The position numbers and the translations under genes are program-made. The notes below the pieces were generated by a model. That model did not search any database. It had not been told where the DNA came from and saw only the letters and a list, made by a program, of their open reading frames with translations. A DNA stretch of 64,000 nt, taken from positions 12,339-76,338 of the forward strand of contig JBNPEG010000051.1 of assembly GCA_051117555.1 (NCBI GenBank), given 5' to 3'. Positions within the stretch are counted from its first letter, which is position 1; each line of letters opens with the position of its first letter. Positions 63,250-64,000 of the stretch are shown piece after piece. Origin of the DNA: Elainellaceae cyanobacterium. GTDB taxonomy: Bacteria > Cyanobacteriota > Cyanobacteriia > CAZCXK01.

Positions 63250-63609
63250 TTGCCAAAACCAAGATTGAATTCACCTAAAGCTTTGGAGGAACGTATGCGG
63301 ACTTGGCGACAACGATGTTTGTACGAAGAACTTGAACTCATTCGTCAGCCACCCGCAATCTACAAGACGATGCTTTGTCGATTGCGGTCTAGAATCATGG
63401 ATTTTCAGACTTGCTTGTGCAACTGGTTTAAGTGCGATCGCACTCCTACTGTGCGAGAAGTCATAAACCGACAAGGAATTTCACACTATCGTGTCTATGA
63501 TCCGGTTGGCGATCGCACCTTGACATTTGATTCTCACCGTGATGTCGTGCATTGGTTAGAGTCTCGCCATCACTGTAATCATTTCAATCCGTGGGATGAC
63601 TCTTTCTAG
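63250..63609 (+). CDS. Small cyanobacterial hypothetical protein
   Basis: C-terminal P.V.....G...YRVYDP...RTL.F.S..DV..WLE.R pattern; true start probably downstream (63370 or 63397). Confidence 0.55.
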   Translation: MPKPRLNSPKALEERMRTWRQRCLYEELELIRQPPAIYKTMLCRLRSRIMDFQTCLCNWFKCDRTPTVREVINRQGISHYRVYDPVGDRTLTFDSHRDVVHWLESRHHCNHFNPWDDSF

Positions 63610-64000
63610 TACAAAATCCAGTACAAAATCCAGTACAGGACGGCGGAAGTTTCATGCCAGTAGTGTGGGCGACAGACTCACGTCGCGGGCAAGATGCCCG
63701 CTCTCAAATGGGTGGCTTATTTCTGCCAAGCAGCGTTATTCGTGAAATTCTTGATTGCTAAAATTCTTGCAACATTCGCATGGCAAACTGGGCGAGATTA
63801 TTCATCTGCAAGCACTTTAAGCCGAATCAGGTGAGCCAAGTGGCTATCCGGGTCGCCCAGTTGCACTTCTAACGTATCTCCAGAAAGGGGAGACAGATAA
63901 GCAAGGAGCGATCGCAAATTGGGGGTGCTGGCTCCGCTGTCTACATAGACTCTTTCTGATAACTTGGTTAGCCGTTTCCAGGTCGTATAGAGCTTAGCAA

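Overview
Chromosomal window from a filamentous cyanobacterium. The evidence is dense HIP1 GCGATCGC octamers, psaE, ycf3, PSRP-3, atpD-atpC and a fraC-fraD-fraE septal-junction operon. Most of the window is housekeeping (cinA, aroQ, ilvD, dnaK, gap1, miaB, murG, mutM, lspA, bioY, rnz, gatC, cobO). Features missing from the ORF track: a 45-aa small ORF resembling the ATP-synthase inhibitor AtpTheta (2662-2799), a 6S RNA gene (~36306-36512), XylR-type operators at a ROK repressor, and many short mobile repeats, including ~90-115 bp TATAG-bounded hairpin elements with one apparent hybrid. The best candidates for poorly described systems are: (i) a 17.5-27.2 kb block with a membrane-anchored NACHT NTPase, a membrane J-domain protein, a GAF protein and a DUF2997 / GrpE-like / Hsp70-like operon; (ii) a transporter-less SBP-vWA / coiled-coil / SBP operon; (iii) an orphan PilP-like lipoprotein. 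No CRISPR array, tRNA, rRNA or transposase was seen. All calls come from reading motifs by eye; no database searches were run.
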